The notes beneath the pieces are model-generated. The model saw nothing but the letters and a program-made list of their open reading frames with translations. It did no database searches and was not told the origin of the DNA. Shown piece by piece: positions 1 through 8,780 of a stretch of 64,000 bases of DNA. Origin of the DNA: Lachnospiraceae bacterium UBA1712 (lineage in GTDB: Bacteria; Bacillota; Clostridia; Lachnospirales; Lachnospiraceae). The stretch spans positions 99,242 through 163,241 of the forward strand of contig DCJA01000036.1 of the NCBI GenBank assembly GCA_002317175.1, read 5' to 3'. The first letter of the stretch is position 1. Each line of letters opens with the position of its first letter. The position numbers and the translations under genes were made by a program.

Positions 1-1098
1 GATGAAATCTATAATAAGGATAAGGATATTGAAGAAAAGGTTGGTAAGCTCTATGTACTTCAGGGCAATAAGCCATATGAAGTAAGCGAGCTTCATGCAG
101 GCGATATTGGTGCCATTGCCAAGCTGACTGCTGCAAGAACTGGTAATACTTTATCAACTAAGGCAAACACTATTCAGTATGGTAAGGTGGATCTTCCAAC
201 ACCATATACTTACAGAAGATATAAACCAGTTAACAAGCAGGATATTGATAAGATTAGCCAGAGCTTGCAGAAGATGATGCATGAAGATCTTACTCTTAAG
301 AATGTTAATGATTCTGAAAATGCTCAGTTACTCTTATATGGATTAAGTGAGCAGCATCTTGAGATAGTTGCCAGTCGTCTTGAAAATGAGTACAAGGTTA
401 AGATTGAATTATCTACTCCTAAGGTTGCATACAGAGAGACTATTAATAAGAAGTCGGATGTTGAATATAAATATAAAAAGCAGTCTGGAGGACATGGTCA
501 GTATGGTCATGTAAAGATGACATTTGAGCCAAGTGGCGATATTGATCAGCCATATGTATTTGAACAGACAGTAGTAGGTGGAGCAGTTCCAAAGAACTTC
601 TTCCCGGCAGTTGAAAAGGGTCTTCAGGATTCAGTTGTAAGAGGTCCACTTGCTGCATATCCTGTAGTAGGTGTTAAGGCTACATTGTATGATGGTTCTT
701 ATCATCCTGTTGATTCATCCGAGATGGCATTTAAGATGGCTACTATTCAGGCATTTAAGAAGGGCTTCATAGATGCAAAGCCAGTTCTTCTTGAGCCTAT
801 TATGAGCCTTAAGGTTACAGTTCCTGATTCTAATACAGGTGATGTTATGGGTGACCTTAATAAGAGAAGAGGCCGCGTGCTTGGTATGAATCCAATTGGC
901 AATGGTAAGCAGACAATTGAAGCAGACGTTCCTATGAGCTGTATCTTCAATTACTGTACAGATCTTCGTTCCATGACAGCGGGAGCTGGAGAGTACTCAT
1001 ATGAGTTTGCTCGTTATGAACAGTGTCCTTCAGATGTTCAGGAGAAGGAAGTAGCTGCAAGAGCTGCAAAAGTTGCTGAAAACAACATTGAAGAATAA
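1..1098 (+). CDS. fusA: Elongation factor G family protein, C-terminal part (5' end outside window); likely an EF-G paralog
   Basis: Frame 1 is open from position 1 (DEIYNKDKDIEEKVGKLY...). EF-G domain IV/V motifs KKQSGGHGQYGHV, DGSYHPVDSSEMAF and GDVMGDLNKRRGRVLG are present. It is not followed by tuf. Confidence 0.9.
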   Translation, partial: DEIYNKDKDIEEKVGKLYVLQGNKPYEVSELHAGDIGAIAKLTAARTGNTLSTKANTIQYGKVDLPTPYTYRRYKPVNKQDIDKISQSLQKMMHEDLTLKNVNDSENAQLLLYGLSEQHLEIVASRLENEYKVKIELSTPKVAYRETINKKSDVEYKYKKQSGGHGQYGHVKMTFEPSGDIDQPYVFEQTVVGGAVPKNFFPAVEKGLQDSVVRGPLAAYPVVGVKATLYDGSYHPVDSSEMAFKMATIQAFKKGFIDAKPVLLEPIMSLKVTVPDSNTGDVMGDLNKRRGRVLGMNPIGNGKQTIEADVPMSCIFNYCTDLRSMTAGAGEYSYEFARYEQCPSDVQEKEVAARAAKVAENNIEE

Positions 1099-1108
1099 AA
1101 TAATGATT

Positions 1109-1136
1109 AAGGGTTGCATTCGTGCAACCCTTTTTT
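1109..1136 (+). terminator. Rho-independent terminator
   Basis: AAGGGTTGCA-ttcg-TGCAACCCTT hairpin followed by a T run just after the stop codon. Confidence 0.9.
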
Positions 1137-1212
1137 ATGTCATAACTTGAAAATATCCTGTAAAAATATATAATTAAAGAGATATGGATAAATTTGGAAA
1201 TGAGGATATATA

Positions 1213-2178
1213 ATGGTTCATTCGATTTGTCAAAATGTAAATCTTGTTAATATGATTGGTGTGATTGTTGCATTTGTTGCAACCTGTCTTTGCATGAAAT
1301 ATGGTAAGGATAAGCTGCCTACAGACAGAGGTAAGGAATTTGCACATGATGGACAGGCAGCCAAGGGTAAGCCACAGGGAGCTGGACTGTATTTTGTACT
1401 GGTATTTATAGTATCTGGATTGCTGTTTGCGCAGTTTGATCTTCAAAATGTTCTTTATCTGCTGGTTATTGGTCTAAGTATGATTACAGGCTTTCTTGAT
1501 GATGCAGCGACAATGCCATGGGGCAGAGTTAAGAAAGGTCTGCTGGATCTTGTGCTGGCAATAATGATTGCTGCAATTTATATCTATTATAATGGCAGTA
1601 GCATTAAGTTTAGGATTTTAGGAGATTACACGTTAACAGTTCCTTATATAGTTATGGGAATATTGATAGTAGCAGTGGTATGGTGTTCAATTAATGTTAC
1701 TAATTGTGCAGATGGAGTGGATGGATTATCAGGAACTCTCTCCATTATAACTATGGCTACTATATATGAACTGTATAAAATGGATGCGACTGAAGGAAAT
1801 GTTGGATATTTTGTGGTTTTATTCATTGTCTGCCTGATAGCATATCTGTGGTTTAATGCTACACCAAGTGTGCTGATGATGGGAGATGCAGGCAGTCGTG
1901 CCATGGGTATGATGATTGCTGTAGCAGTTATCAGAACTGGCAGCCTCTTTGCTTATGCAGTTGTTGCAATTGTACTTATACTGGATGGAGGACTGGGGCT
2001 TCTTAAGGTTTCACTTATTAAGGCTTTTAAGATACATATTCTTAAAAATATCAGAACTCCTTTGCATGATCAGGTTAGAAAGAATATGGGCTGGTCCAAT
2101 ACCCATTGTGTATTTAGATTTGCTATTATTCAGCTGATAATTAATATTGTATATATTTATCTTATTGGATTGTTCTGA
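1213..2178 (+). CDS. mraY: MraY-like polyprenyl-phosphate transferase (glycosyl transferase family 4)
   Basis: About 10 hydrophobic segments with motifs GFLDD, NCADGVDGL and MGDAGS. GAGG RBS upstream. Not in a dcw cluster. Confidence 0.75.
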   Translation: MVHSICQNVNLVNMIGVIVAFVATCLCMKYGKDKLPTDRGKEFAHDGQAAKGKPQGAGLYFVLVFIVSGLLFAQFDLQNVLYLLVIGLSMITGFLDDAATMPWGRVKKGLLDLVLAIMIAAIYIYYNGSSIKFRILGDYTLTVPYIVMGILIVAVVWCSINVTNCADGVDGLSGTLSIITMATIYELYKMDATEGNVGYFVVLFIVCLIAYLWFNATPSVLMMGDAGSRAMGMMIAVAVIRTGSLFAYAVVAIVLILDGGLGLLKVSLIKAFKIHILKNIRTPLHDQVRKNMGWSNTHCVFRFAIIQLIINIVYIYLIGLF

Positions 2179-2222
2179 TTTATCATTATGATGAATCTAA
2201 TTAAGCAGATTTGAATTAGCGT

Positions 2223-2251
2223 TTGACATACCTATATTATGAATTTAAAAT
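2223..2251 (+). promoter_or_regulatory. SigA-type promoter of leuS
   Basis: TTGACA-17 bp-TAAAAT about 50 nt upstream of the ATG at 2300. Confidence 0.75.
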
Positions 2252-2299
2252 GTTAATGTTGTTTTATCTTAGGAATTTTATTTGAAATGGAGATATAAG

Positions 2300-4726
2300 A
2301 TGAGCGTTGTTTATAATCATCACGAAGTAGAAAAGAAATGGCAGAAATACTGGGAGGAGAACCAGACATTTAAAACTGATGTATGGGATTTCTCAAAGCC
2401 TAAATATTATGCCCTTGATATGTTCCCATATCCATCAGGAGTTGGTCTTCATGCTGGTCATCCTGAGGGATATACTGCAACAGATATTATGTCTCGTATG
2501 AAAAGAATGCAGGGCTATAATGTCCTTCATCCAATGGGCTATGATTCATTTGGTCTTCCTGCAGAACAGTATGCTGTTACAACTGGTAATCATCCAAATG
2601 GATTTACAGAGAAGAACATAGGAACTTTTACAAATCAGCTTAAGGAATTAGGCTTTGATTATGACTGGAGCAAGTGCCTTGCAACATCTGATCCTAAGTT
2701 TTACAAATGGACACAGTGGATTTTTAAGAAACTTTATGAGGATGGTTATGCTAAACTTGTAGATATGCCTGTTAACTGGTGTGAAGAGCTAGGTACTGTT
2801 CTTTCAAATGATGAAGTTATTGATGGTAAGTCTGAAAGAGGCGGTTATCCAGTTGTTCGTAAGAACATGAAACAGTGGGTTATCGATCAGGTTGCATTTG
2901 CTGATGAATTACTTGAAGGACTTAATGAGATTAACTGGCCTGAATCCACAAAGGATATGCAGAGACACTGGATTGGTCGTTCAGAAGGTGTTGAAGTTAA
3001 GTTTGACCTTGTAGGTGGTGGTGAATTCAGCATCTACACAACATGTATTGAAACTATCTACGGTATAACATTTATGGTTCTCGCTCCAGATGGAGAGATT
3101 ACAAAGAGCCTTCTTGATAAAGTTGAAAACAGAGAAGAAGTTGAAAGCTACATTGCTGAAACTCTTAAGAAAAATGATATGGACAGAACAGAGCTTAACA
3201 AGACCAAGTCTGGTTGTGAGCTCAAGGGTGTACATGCTGTTAACCCTGTTAATGGTAAAGAGGTAAGAGTATTTATAGGTGACTTTGTACTTGCTTCTTA
3301 TGGTACTGGTGCGGTAATGGCTGTTCCTAGTCATGATCAGAGAGACTTCGAGTATGCTCAGGTTCATAATATTGATATGATTCAGGTTATTGATGGACCA
3401 GGTGTGTCTGTGGCTGAAGCAGCACTTGAGAAATATGATTATCTTGGTAAGGGCTTTAAGCTTATTAATTCTGAAGAATTTACAGGTATGGTTGTTGAAG
3501 ATGCTAAAGAAGCAATCACCTGCAAGCTTGAGAAGATGGGCGTAGCCAAGAGAACTGTTAATTATCACTTCCGTGAGTGGATTTTTGCTCGTCAGCGTTA
3601 CTGGGGTGAACCTGTTCCTGTATTCTATGATGAAGAGGGCAATATTCACCTTGTTCCAGACGAGGAACTACCTGTAGTATTACCTGAACTTGAGGATTAC
3701 AAGGGTAAGAATGGTCAGGCTCCACTTGAAAATGCCACAGAGTGGAAGATTTATGATAAGAATGGATTAAAGGGCAAGAGAGAGACTTCTACAATGCCAG
3801 GATCAGCTGGTTCAAGCTGGTATTTCCTTAGATACATTGATCCTGATAACAATGATGAATTTGCAAATCAGGAATTATTAAAGCACTGGATGCCTGTAGA
3901 TCTTTATATTGGCGGTCCAGAGCACGCAGTTGGTCATCTTATGTATTCAAGAATCTGGAACAGATTCTTATATAACAAGGGCTTATCACCAGTTAAGGAG
4001 CCATTCCAGAAACTGGTACATCAGGGGATGATTCTTGGTGAAAATGGCATCAAGATGGGTAAGAGATTCCCTGAATTTGTTGTTAATCCAAGTGATATCG
4101 TAAGAGATTACGGTGCTGATACACTTAGACTTTATGAGATGTTCATGGGACCACTTGAGGTAAGCAAGCCATGGTCACCACAGGGTGTAGAAGGCGCAAG
4201 AAGATTCATCAACAAGGTATGGAATTACTTTACCAATCCAGATAATATCTGTGATGATAATATGGACGAGCTTAAGAAGATCTATCACCAGACAGTTAAG
4301 AAAGTTTCTTCTGACTTTGAACAGCTTGGCTTTAATACAGCTATTGCCCAGATGATGATCTTTATGAACACAGCTACAAAGACAAAGTGTCCTCGTGAGT
4401 ATGCTGAAGGTATAATTAAGATGCTTTCATGTATCTGTCCTCATGTAGGCGAAGAAATCTGGAGTATTTTAGGACATAATACAACAATTGCATTTGAAAA
4501 GTGGCCAGAATTTGATCCTGAAGCAGTTAAGGAAGATACAGTTGAGATCGGTGTTCAGGTAAATGGTAAGGTTAAAGGCACTGTTTCACTTGGTATTGCT
4601 GAAGATAAGGATAGCGCACTTGCAAAGGCTAAGGCTGTTGAAGGTGTTGCCAAGTTTATCGAAGGTAAGACTCTTGTAAAAGAGATATATGTTCCTGGAA
4701 AGATTGTTAATATTGTAGTTAAATAG
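2300..4726 (+). CDS. leuS: Leucine--tRNA ligase
   Basis: Motifs MFPYPSGVGLHAGH, GTGAVMAVPSHDQRD, RQRYWGEP, YIGGPEHAVGHLMYSR, VQVNGK and VPGKIVNIVVK. ATG at 2300 follows a GGAG RBS. Confidence 0.95.
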   Translation: MSVVYNHHEVEKKWQKYWEENQTFKTDVWDFSKPKYYALDMFPYPSGVGLHAGHPEGYTATDIMSRMKRMQGYNVLHPMGYDSFGLPAEQYAVTTGNHPNGFTEKNIGTFTNQLKELGFDYDWSKCLATSDPKFYKWTQWIFKKLYEDGYAKLVDMPVNWCEELGTVLSNDEVIDGKSERGGYPVVRKNMKQWVIDQVAFADELLEGLNEINWPESTKDMQRHWIGRSEGVEVKFDLVGGGEFSIYTTCIETIYGITFMVLAPDGEITKSLLDKVENREEVESYIAETLKKNDMDRTELNKTKSGCELKGVHAVNPVNGKEVRVFIGDFVLASYGTGAVMAVPSHDQRDFEYAQVHNIDMIQVIDGPGVSVAEAALEKYDYLGKGFKLINSEEFTGMVVEDAKEAITCKLEKMGVAKRTVNYHFREWIFARQRYWGEPVPVFYDEEGNIHLVPDEELPVVLPELEDYKGKNGQAPLENATEWKIYDKNGLKGKRETSTMPGSAGSSWYFLRYIDPDNNDEFANQELLKHWMPVDLYIGGPEHAVGHLMYSRIWNRFLYNKGLSPVKEPFQKLVHQGMILGENGIKMGKRFPEFVVNPSDIVRDYGADTLRLYEMFMGPLEVSKPWSPQGVEGARRFINKVWNYFTNPDNICDDNMDELKKIYHQTVKKVSSDFEQLGFNTAIAQMMIFMNTATKTKCPREYAEGIIKMLSCICPHVGEEIWSILGHNTTIAFEKWPEFDPEAVKEDTVEIGVQVNGKVKGTVSLGIAEDKDSALAKAKAVEGVAKFIEGKTLVKEIYVPGKIVNIVVK

Positions 4727-4754
4727 ATTAATTGAATTATTATTTTTATTAATT

Positions 4755-4783
4755 AGCCCGTGGCTTTGGCCATGGGCTTTTTT
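4755..4783 (+). terminator. Rho-independent terminator
   Basis: AGCCCGTGGC-loop-GCCATGGGCT hairpin followed by T run. Confidence 0.85.
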
Positions 4784-4913
4784 GTGTTCATTATTACTCG
4801 TTTATACATTATTTTTGTAGTTCACAAAATTTACACACTTTTGTACGCATTTGAACACATTTTGAATCTATAATTTGAAAAGTTTCAAAAGGATTACGGA
4901 GAGGAGAATTCTC

Positions 4914-6101
4914 ATGATTGAAGTTAAGGAATTAACAAAAAAATATGGCAATCATTATGCCATTAAAAACCTTTCATTTAATATTGAAAAGGGTATTGTA
5001 TATGGTTTTCTTGGACCAAATGGTGCTGGTAAATCTACTACCATGAATATTATGACTGGATATATCGCAGCCTCATCAGGAACAGTATTAATTGATGGAC
5101 ATGACATAGTGAAAGATGCTGAAGAGGCTAAAAAGTGTATAGGATATCTTCCTGAGATGCCACCACTCTATCAGGATATGACAGTTAAGGAATATCTTGA
5201 TTTCGTTGTTGAGTTGAAGAAGGTTCCAAAAGCACAGAGAAAAGAACAGGTTAGCTATGTAATGGAGAAAACTCATATAACTGATATGAGCAGAAGACTT
5301 ATAAAGAACCTGTCAAAGGGTTATAAGCAGAGAGTTGGACTGGCACAGGCTATGCTTGGTAATCCTGATATTATTATTCTGGATGAGCCTACAGTTGGTC
5401 TTGATCCCAAGCAGATTATTGAGATAAGAGAACTTATCAGAGAGTTAAAGAAGGAGCATACAATTATTCTAAGTTCGCACATTCTTAGTGAAGTTTCTGA
5501 GGTGTGTGACAACATAATGATTATTGCTAAGGGCAGACTGGTTGCAAGCGGAACTTCTGAAGAGATTCTAAAAGAGTTTGGTGGAAACAGTACGATTGAT
5601 TTGCTTGTTAAAGCAGATGAGAAGACTGTAAAGGATAAACTGTCAAAAATTAAGGCAGTTGAGGACATCACTATTAAGAAATCAGAAGCTGGAAGAACAG
5701 AGTGTATTCTTCATATTGCTGATACAAAGGATGTATCAGAGGAACTGTTTGAACTTTTGTGTAAAGAGAAGATGACTATCATCAGACTTAATCCAATGAG
5801 TAAAAGTCTTGAGGATATATTCCTTGAAGTTACAGATGAAAAATATATATCCAAGATCATAGAGGATGAAGAAAAAGCTGAGCAGGAAAAGAAGGCTCAG
5901 AAAAAGACTAAAAAGAATCTTGGACAGGAAGTTCTGGAAGAAGTGAATGAAAAAAGTGCTGAGGATATAAGCAAGGAAGCTGCTAAAGAGGCTGAAGTTA
6001 CTGATGATGCATCTAATGAAATAGTTGAAACAGTAGAAACTGATAAGGAAGTTCTGGATTATAAAGTTTCTGAAGAAGATGAAAAGAAGGAGGAAGAATA
6101 A
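4914..6101 (+). CDS. ABC-2 type ATP-binding protein (GldA-like) with a charged C-terminal tail
   Basis: Walker A GPNGAGKST, signature LSKGYKQRVG, Walker B IILDEPTVGLDP and H-loop SSH. ATG at 4914 follows GAGGAG. Confidence 0.9.
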   Translation: MIEVKELTKKYGNHYAIKNLSFNIEKGIVYGFLGPNGAGKSTTMNIMTGYIAASSGTVLIDGHDIVKDAEEAKKCIGYLPEMPPLYQDMTVKEYLDFVVELKKVPKAQRKEQVSYVMEKTHITDMSRRLIKNLSKGYKQRVGLAQAMLGNPDIIILDEPTVGLDPKQIIEIRELIRELKKEHTIILSSHILSEVSEVCDNIMIIAKGRLVASGTSEEILKEFGGNSTIDLLVKADEKTVKDKLSKIKAVEDITIKKSEAGRTECILHIADTKDVSEELFELLCKEKMTIIRLNPMSKSLEDIFLEVTDEKYISKIIEDEEKAEQEKKAQKKTKKNLGQEVLEEVNEKSAEDISKEAAKEAEVTDDASNEIVETVETDKEVLDYKVSEEDEKKEEE

Positions 6102-8237
6102 ATGATCGCGGTATTTAAAAGAGAATTTAAAAATTTCTTCCAAAATGTAATTGGCTGGGTATTTATAGCTGCAATGGTATTCGTGGCAGCATTATATTTT
6201 TATGCATACAATATCGGATACGGAATGTCAGATATTGTTTATATGCTTTATAGACTGCTTCTTATTGTTATTTTCTCAATTCCGGTTTTGACCATGAGAA
6301 TACTATCAGAAGAACGCAAACAGAAGACTGATCAGTTAACCTTAACTTCACCGGTATCGGTTGGAAAGATTATTACTGGTAAGTATCTGTCAATGGTTGC
6401 TGTTTTAGTTATAACAGTAGTAATTCTTGCAGCATTTCCAATAATGATAAGCAGATATACAACTATTGACTGGGGAATAAATCTTCTTGCTGTTCTTGGC
6501 TTTTTGCTTTATGGCTCAGCCTGTATAGCATTATGTATGTTTTTATCTTCCTTTACAGAGAGTCTTGTTATCTCTGCCATAATAGGAATTATAGTAATGT
6601 TTGTTGTCTATCTTATGTCTGGAATATGTTCAATGCTGGATGCAACAGAGAATGTTATTCTTACATCCGTGTCAAAGGCTTTGAGCATAATTGATTTGGC
6701 AAGCAGATTTGACAACTTTATATATGGTATTGTTGATATTAAATCAATTGTATACTTCATAACAGTCATTATTGTATTTGTATTTCTTACTGTTCAGTCC
6801 GTTCAGAAGAGAAGATATTCAACAAGTGTTAAGAATGCTGCTATGAGCGCATTTAGTATTACAAGCATTGTTATTGTTATAGCAGTAGCAGTTATAGCTA
6901 ATCTTATTGTAAGACAGTTTCCTGACAAATATACTCAGTTTGACTTAACTACAGACAGGCTTTATTCAATCACTGATGCGACAAAGAATGTTGTGGCTGA
7001 AATTGATGATCCAATTACCATATATGTATATGCTGCTGAATCCGATAAGGATGAGATGGTAGACCGTATGCTATCAAAATATCTAGAGTTATCAAATAAG
7101 ATTACTGTTGAATATAAGGATCCTAATACTAATCCAAAGTTTTATACTAATTATACAAGTTCATCTCCAACTTATAACTGTCTGTTTTTGGAGAACTCTC
7201 AGAGAAACAAATACATCAATTATGATGATATGTATATAACTGATTATTCATACAATGATGATGGCTCATATAATACAACAACAAGCTATGATATTGAAGG
7301 TCAGATTACTTCTGCGATTAATTACCTCAATAGTGGTTTATCTGCAAAGATATATGAGGTTACAGGACACGATGAACTTACACTTGAGGACAGCTATATA
7401 GATGCTATTAACAAGCAGAATTTTGCTTATGAGCAGATATCACTTCTTGGCAATGATATTCCAAGCGACTGTGAACTTCTTATCATAAATGCACCTGGAA
7501 CTGATTATTCTGAAGGTGATGTAGAGAAGATTAAGGAATATTGTGATAATGGTGGCAATATTCTTATAATTACTGGTCTGGAGGATGACCTTGCTGAGAA
7601 GATGCCAAACTACAACAGCATTCTTGAATACTATAATGTGTCTGTTGCCAATGGACTTATAGTAGATATGAAGGCTTTTGTTAGCTCTCCATTCTACATT
7701 ATTCCTGATGTAGTATACGATGATGTAACAACTGATATATACAATAAGAAGAGCGCGTGGATGCCATATGCGAAAGCACTTAAGACAATCGATGAAGCCA
7801 GTGAGGATGTATATGTTAATTCATGGCTTACTTCTTCAACTAACTCATATAGAAAAGGAAATGTAGTTGAGATTGATAATTATGATTATGACGAAAATGA
7901 AGATGAAGCAGGTCCGTTTGACGTAGCAGTTACAGCTACAAAGACTTTAGAAAATGGACAGACAAAGGCTTATATTGTAGGTTCGGTTTATATGTTCTCA
8001 ACTCAGGCCGATCAGGTTACAGCAAATGCAAACCTTTCTGTCTTTACAAATATTCTTAACAAGAGCGTGAATAATGAGCTTTCAGCAGTTACTATTCCGG
8101 CAAAGACAAGCTCTTCTGAGAGATTTATTATTAACAATAGTGCTGGAGTTATAATATTCATTATTCTTATGGTTGCTGTTCCAGTGGCATTATTAATTAC
8201 TGGATTCGTAATCTGGTTTAGAAGGAGAAAATATTAA
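6102..8237 (+). CDS. ABC permease fused to a GldG-like extracytoplasmic domain (GldF-GldG type fusion)
   Basis: N-terminal ~6-TM ABC-2 permease (LTMRILSEERKQKTDQLTLTSP), then DLT..LYSIT and GHDE motifs typical of the GldG family, with a C-terminal TM and WFRRRK. Confidence 0.8.
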   Translation: MIAVFKREFKNFFQNVIGWVFIAAMVFVAALYFYAYNIGYGMSDIVYMLYRLLLIVIFSIPVLTMRILSEERKQKTDQLTLTSPVSVGKIITGKYLSMVAVLVITVVILAAFPIMISRYTTIDWGINLLAVLGFLLYGSACIALCMFLSSFTESLVISAIIGIIVMFVVYLMSGICSMLDATENVILTSVSKALSIIDLASRFDNFIYGIVDIKSIVYFITVIIVFVFLTVQSVQKRRYSTSVKNAAMSAFSITSIVIVIAVAVIANLIVRQFPDKYTQFDLTTDRLYSITDATKNVVAEIDDPITIYVYAAESDKDEMVDRMLSKYLELSNKITVEYKDPNTNPKFYTNYTSSSPTYNCLFLENSQRNKYINYDDMYITDYSYNDDGSYNTTTSYDIEGQITSAINYLNSGLSAKIYEVTGHDELTLEDSYIDAINKQNFAYEQISLLGNDIPSDCELLIINAPGTDYSEGDVEKIKEYCDNGGNILIITGLEDDLAEKMPNYNSILEYYNVSVANGLIVDMKAFVSSPFYIIPDVVYDDVTTDIYNKKSAWMPYAKALKTIDEASEDVYVNSWLTSSTNSYRKGNVVEIDNYDYDENEDEAGPFDVAVTATKTLENGQTKAYIVGSVYMFSTQADQVTANANLSVFTNILNKSVNNELSAVTIPAKTSSSERFIINNSAGVIIFIILMVAVPVALLITGFVIWFRRRKY

Positions 8238-8238
8238 C

Positions 8239-8778
8239 ATGAAAAAGCAAAAGAAACAGCTAATAATCCTGATTAGCATTCTTGTAATTGCTTTGGCAGG
8301 ATTTTGGGCTTCGGTATATCTTGTAGACAGTACTGAGGTGATAGATACAATAAGTGTTACTTCGGTAATTAAGACGGATGCGGCAAATGTTGATGAGGTT
8401 ACTTATACAGTAGATGGTAATGAGTTCGATTTCATTAAGAAGAATGATAAATGGGTTCTTGCGGATGATCCTGATACTGCACTGAATCAGGATACTGTAG
8501 ATAAGATCATTAGCTACTGTATTAATCTGAATTCTAAAAGCACGATAGAGAATCCGTCCTCAATCGAAGAATATGGACTGGATAATCCACATTGTACTAT
8601 ATCTTTTAAGACAAATGATGGTAATATGTATAAGTATTATATAGGTGATTGTTTTGCCATCGATGGAAATTATTTTGCTAAAGTTGATGGAGATGATACA
8701 ATCTATACGATATCCAATCTGTATTACAGTACCCTGAATACAGATAGAGACTCGTTAAAGGAGACATCTGAAGAGTAA
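8239..8778 (+). CDS. DUF4340-like membrane-anchored protein
   Basis: N-terminal TM and EEYGLDNP motif. Standard position after a GldG-like gene. Confidence 0.7.
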   Translation: MKKQKKQLIILISILVIALAGFWASVYLVDSTEVIDTISVTSVIKTDAANVDEVTYTVDGNEFDFIKKNDKWVLADDPDTALNQDTVDKIISYCINLNSKSTIENPSSIEEYGLDNPHCTISFKTNDGNMYKYYIGDCFAIDGNYFAKVDGDDTIYTISNLYYSTLNTDRDSLKETSEE

Positions 8779-8780
8779 CT

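Noticed and set aside
2981-3649. Long antisense ORFs (also 18508-19128, 26933-27541, 56825-57346, 63078-63566)
   Set aside because: They lie opposite conserved genes and lack RBS or recognisable motifs, as expected for shadow ORFs.
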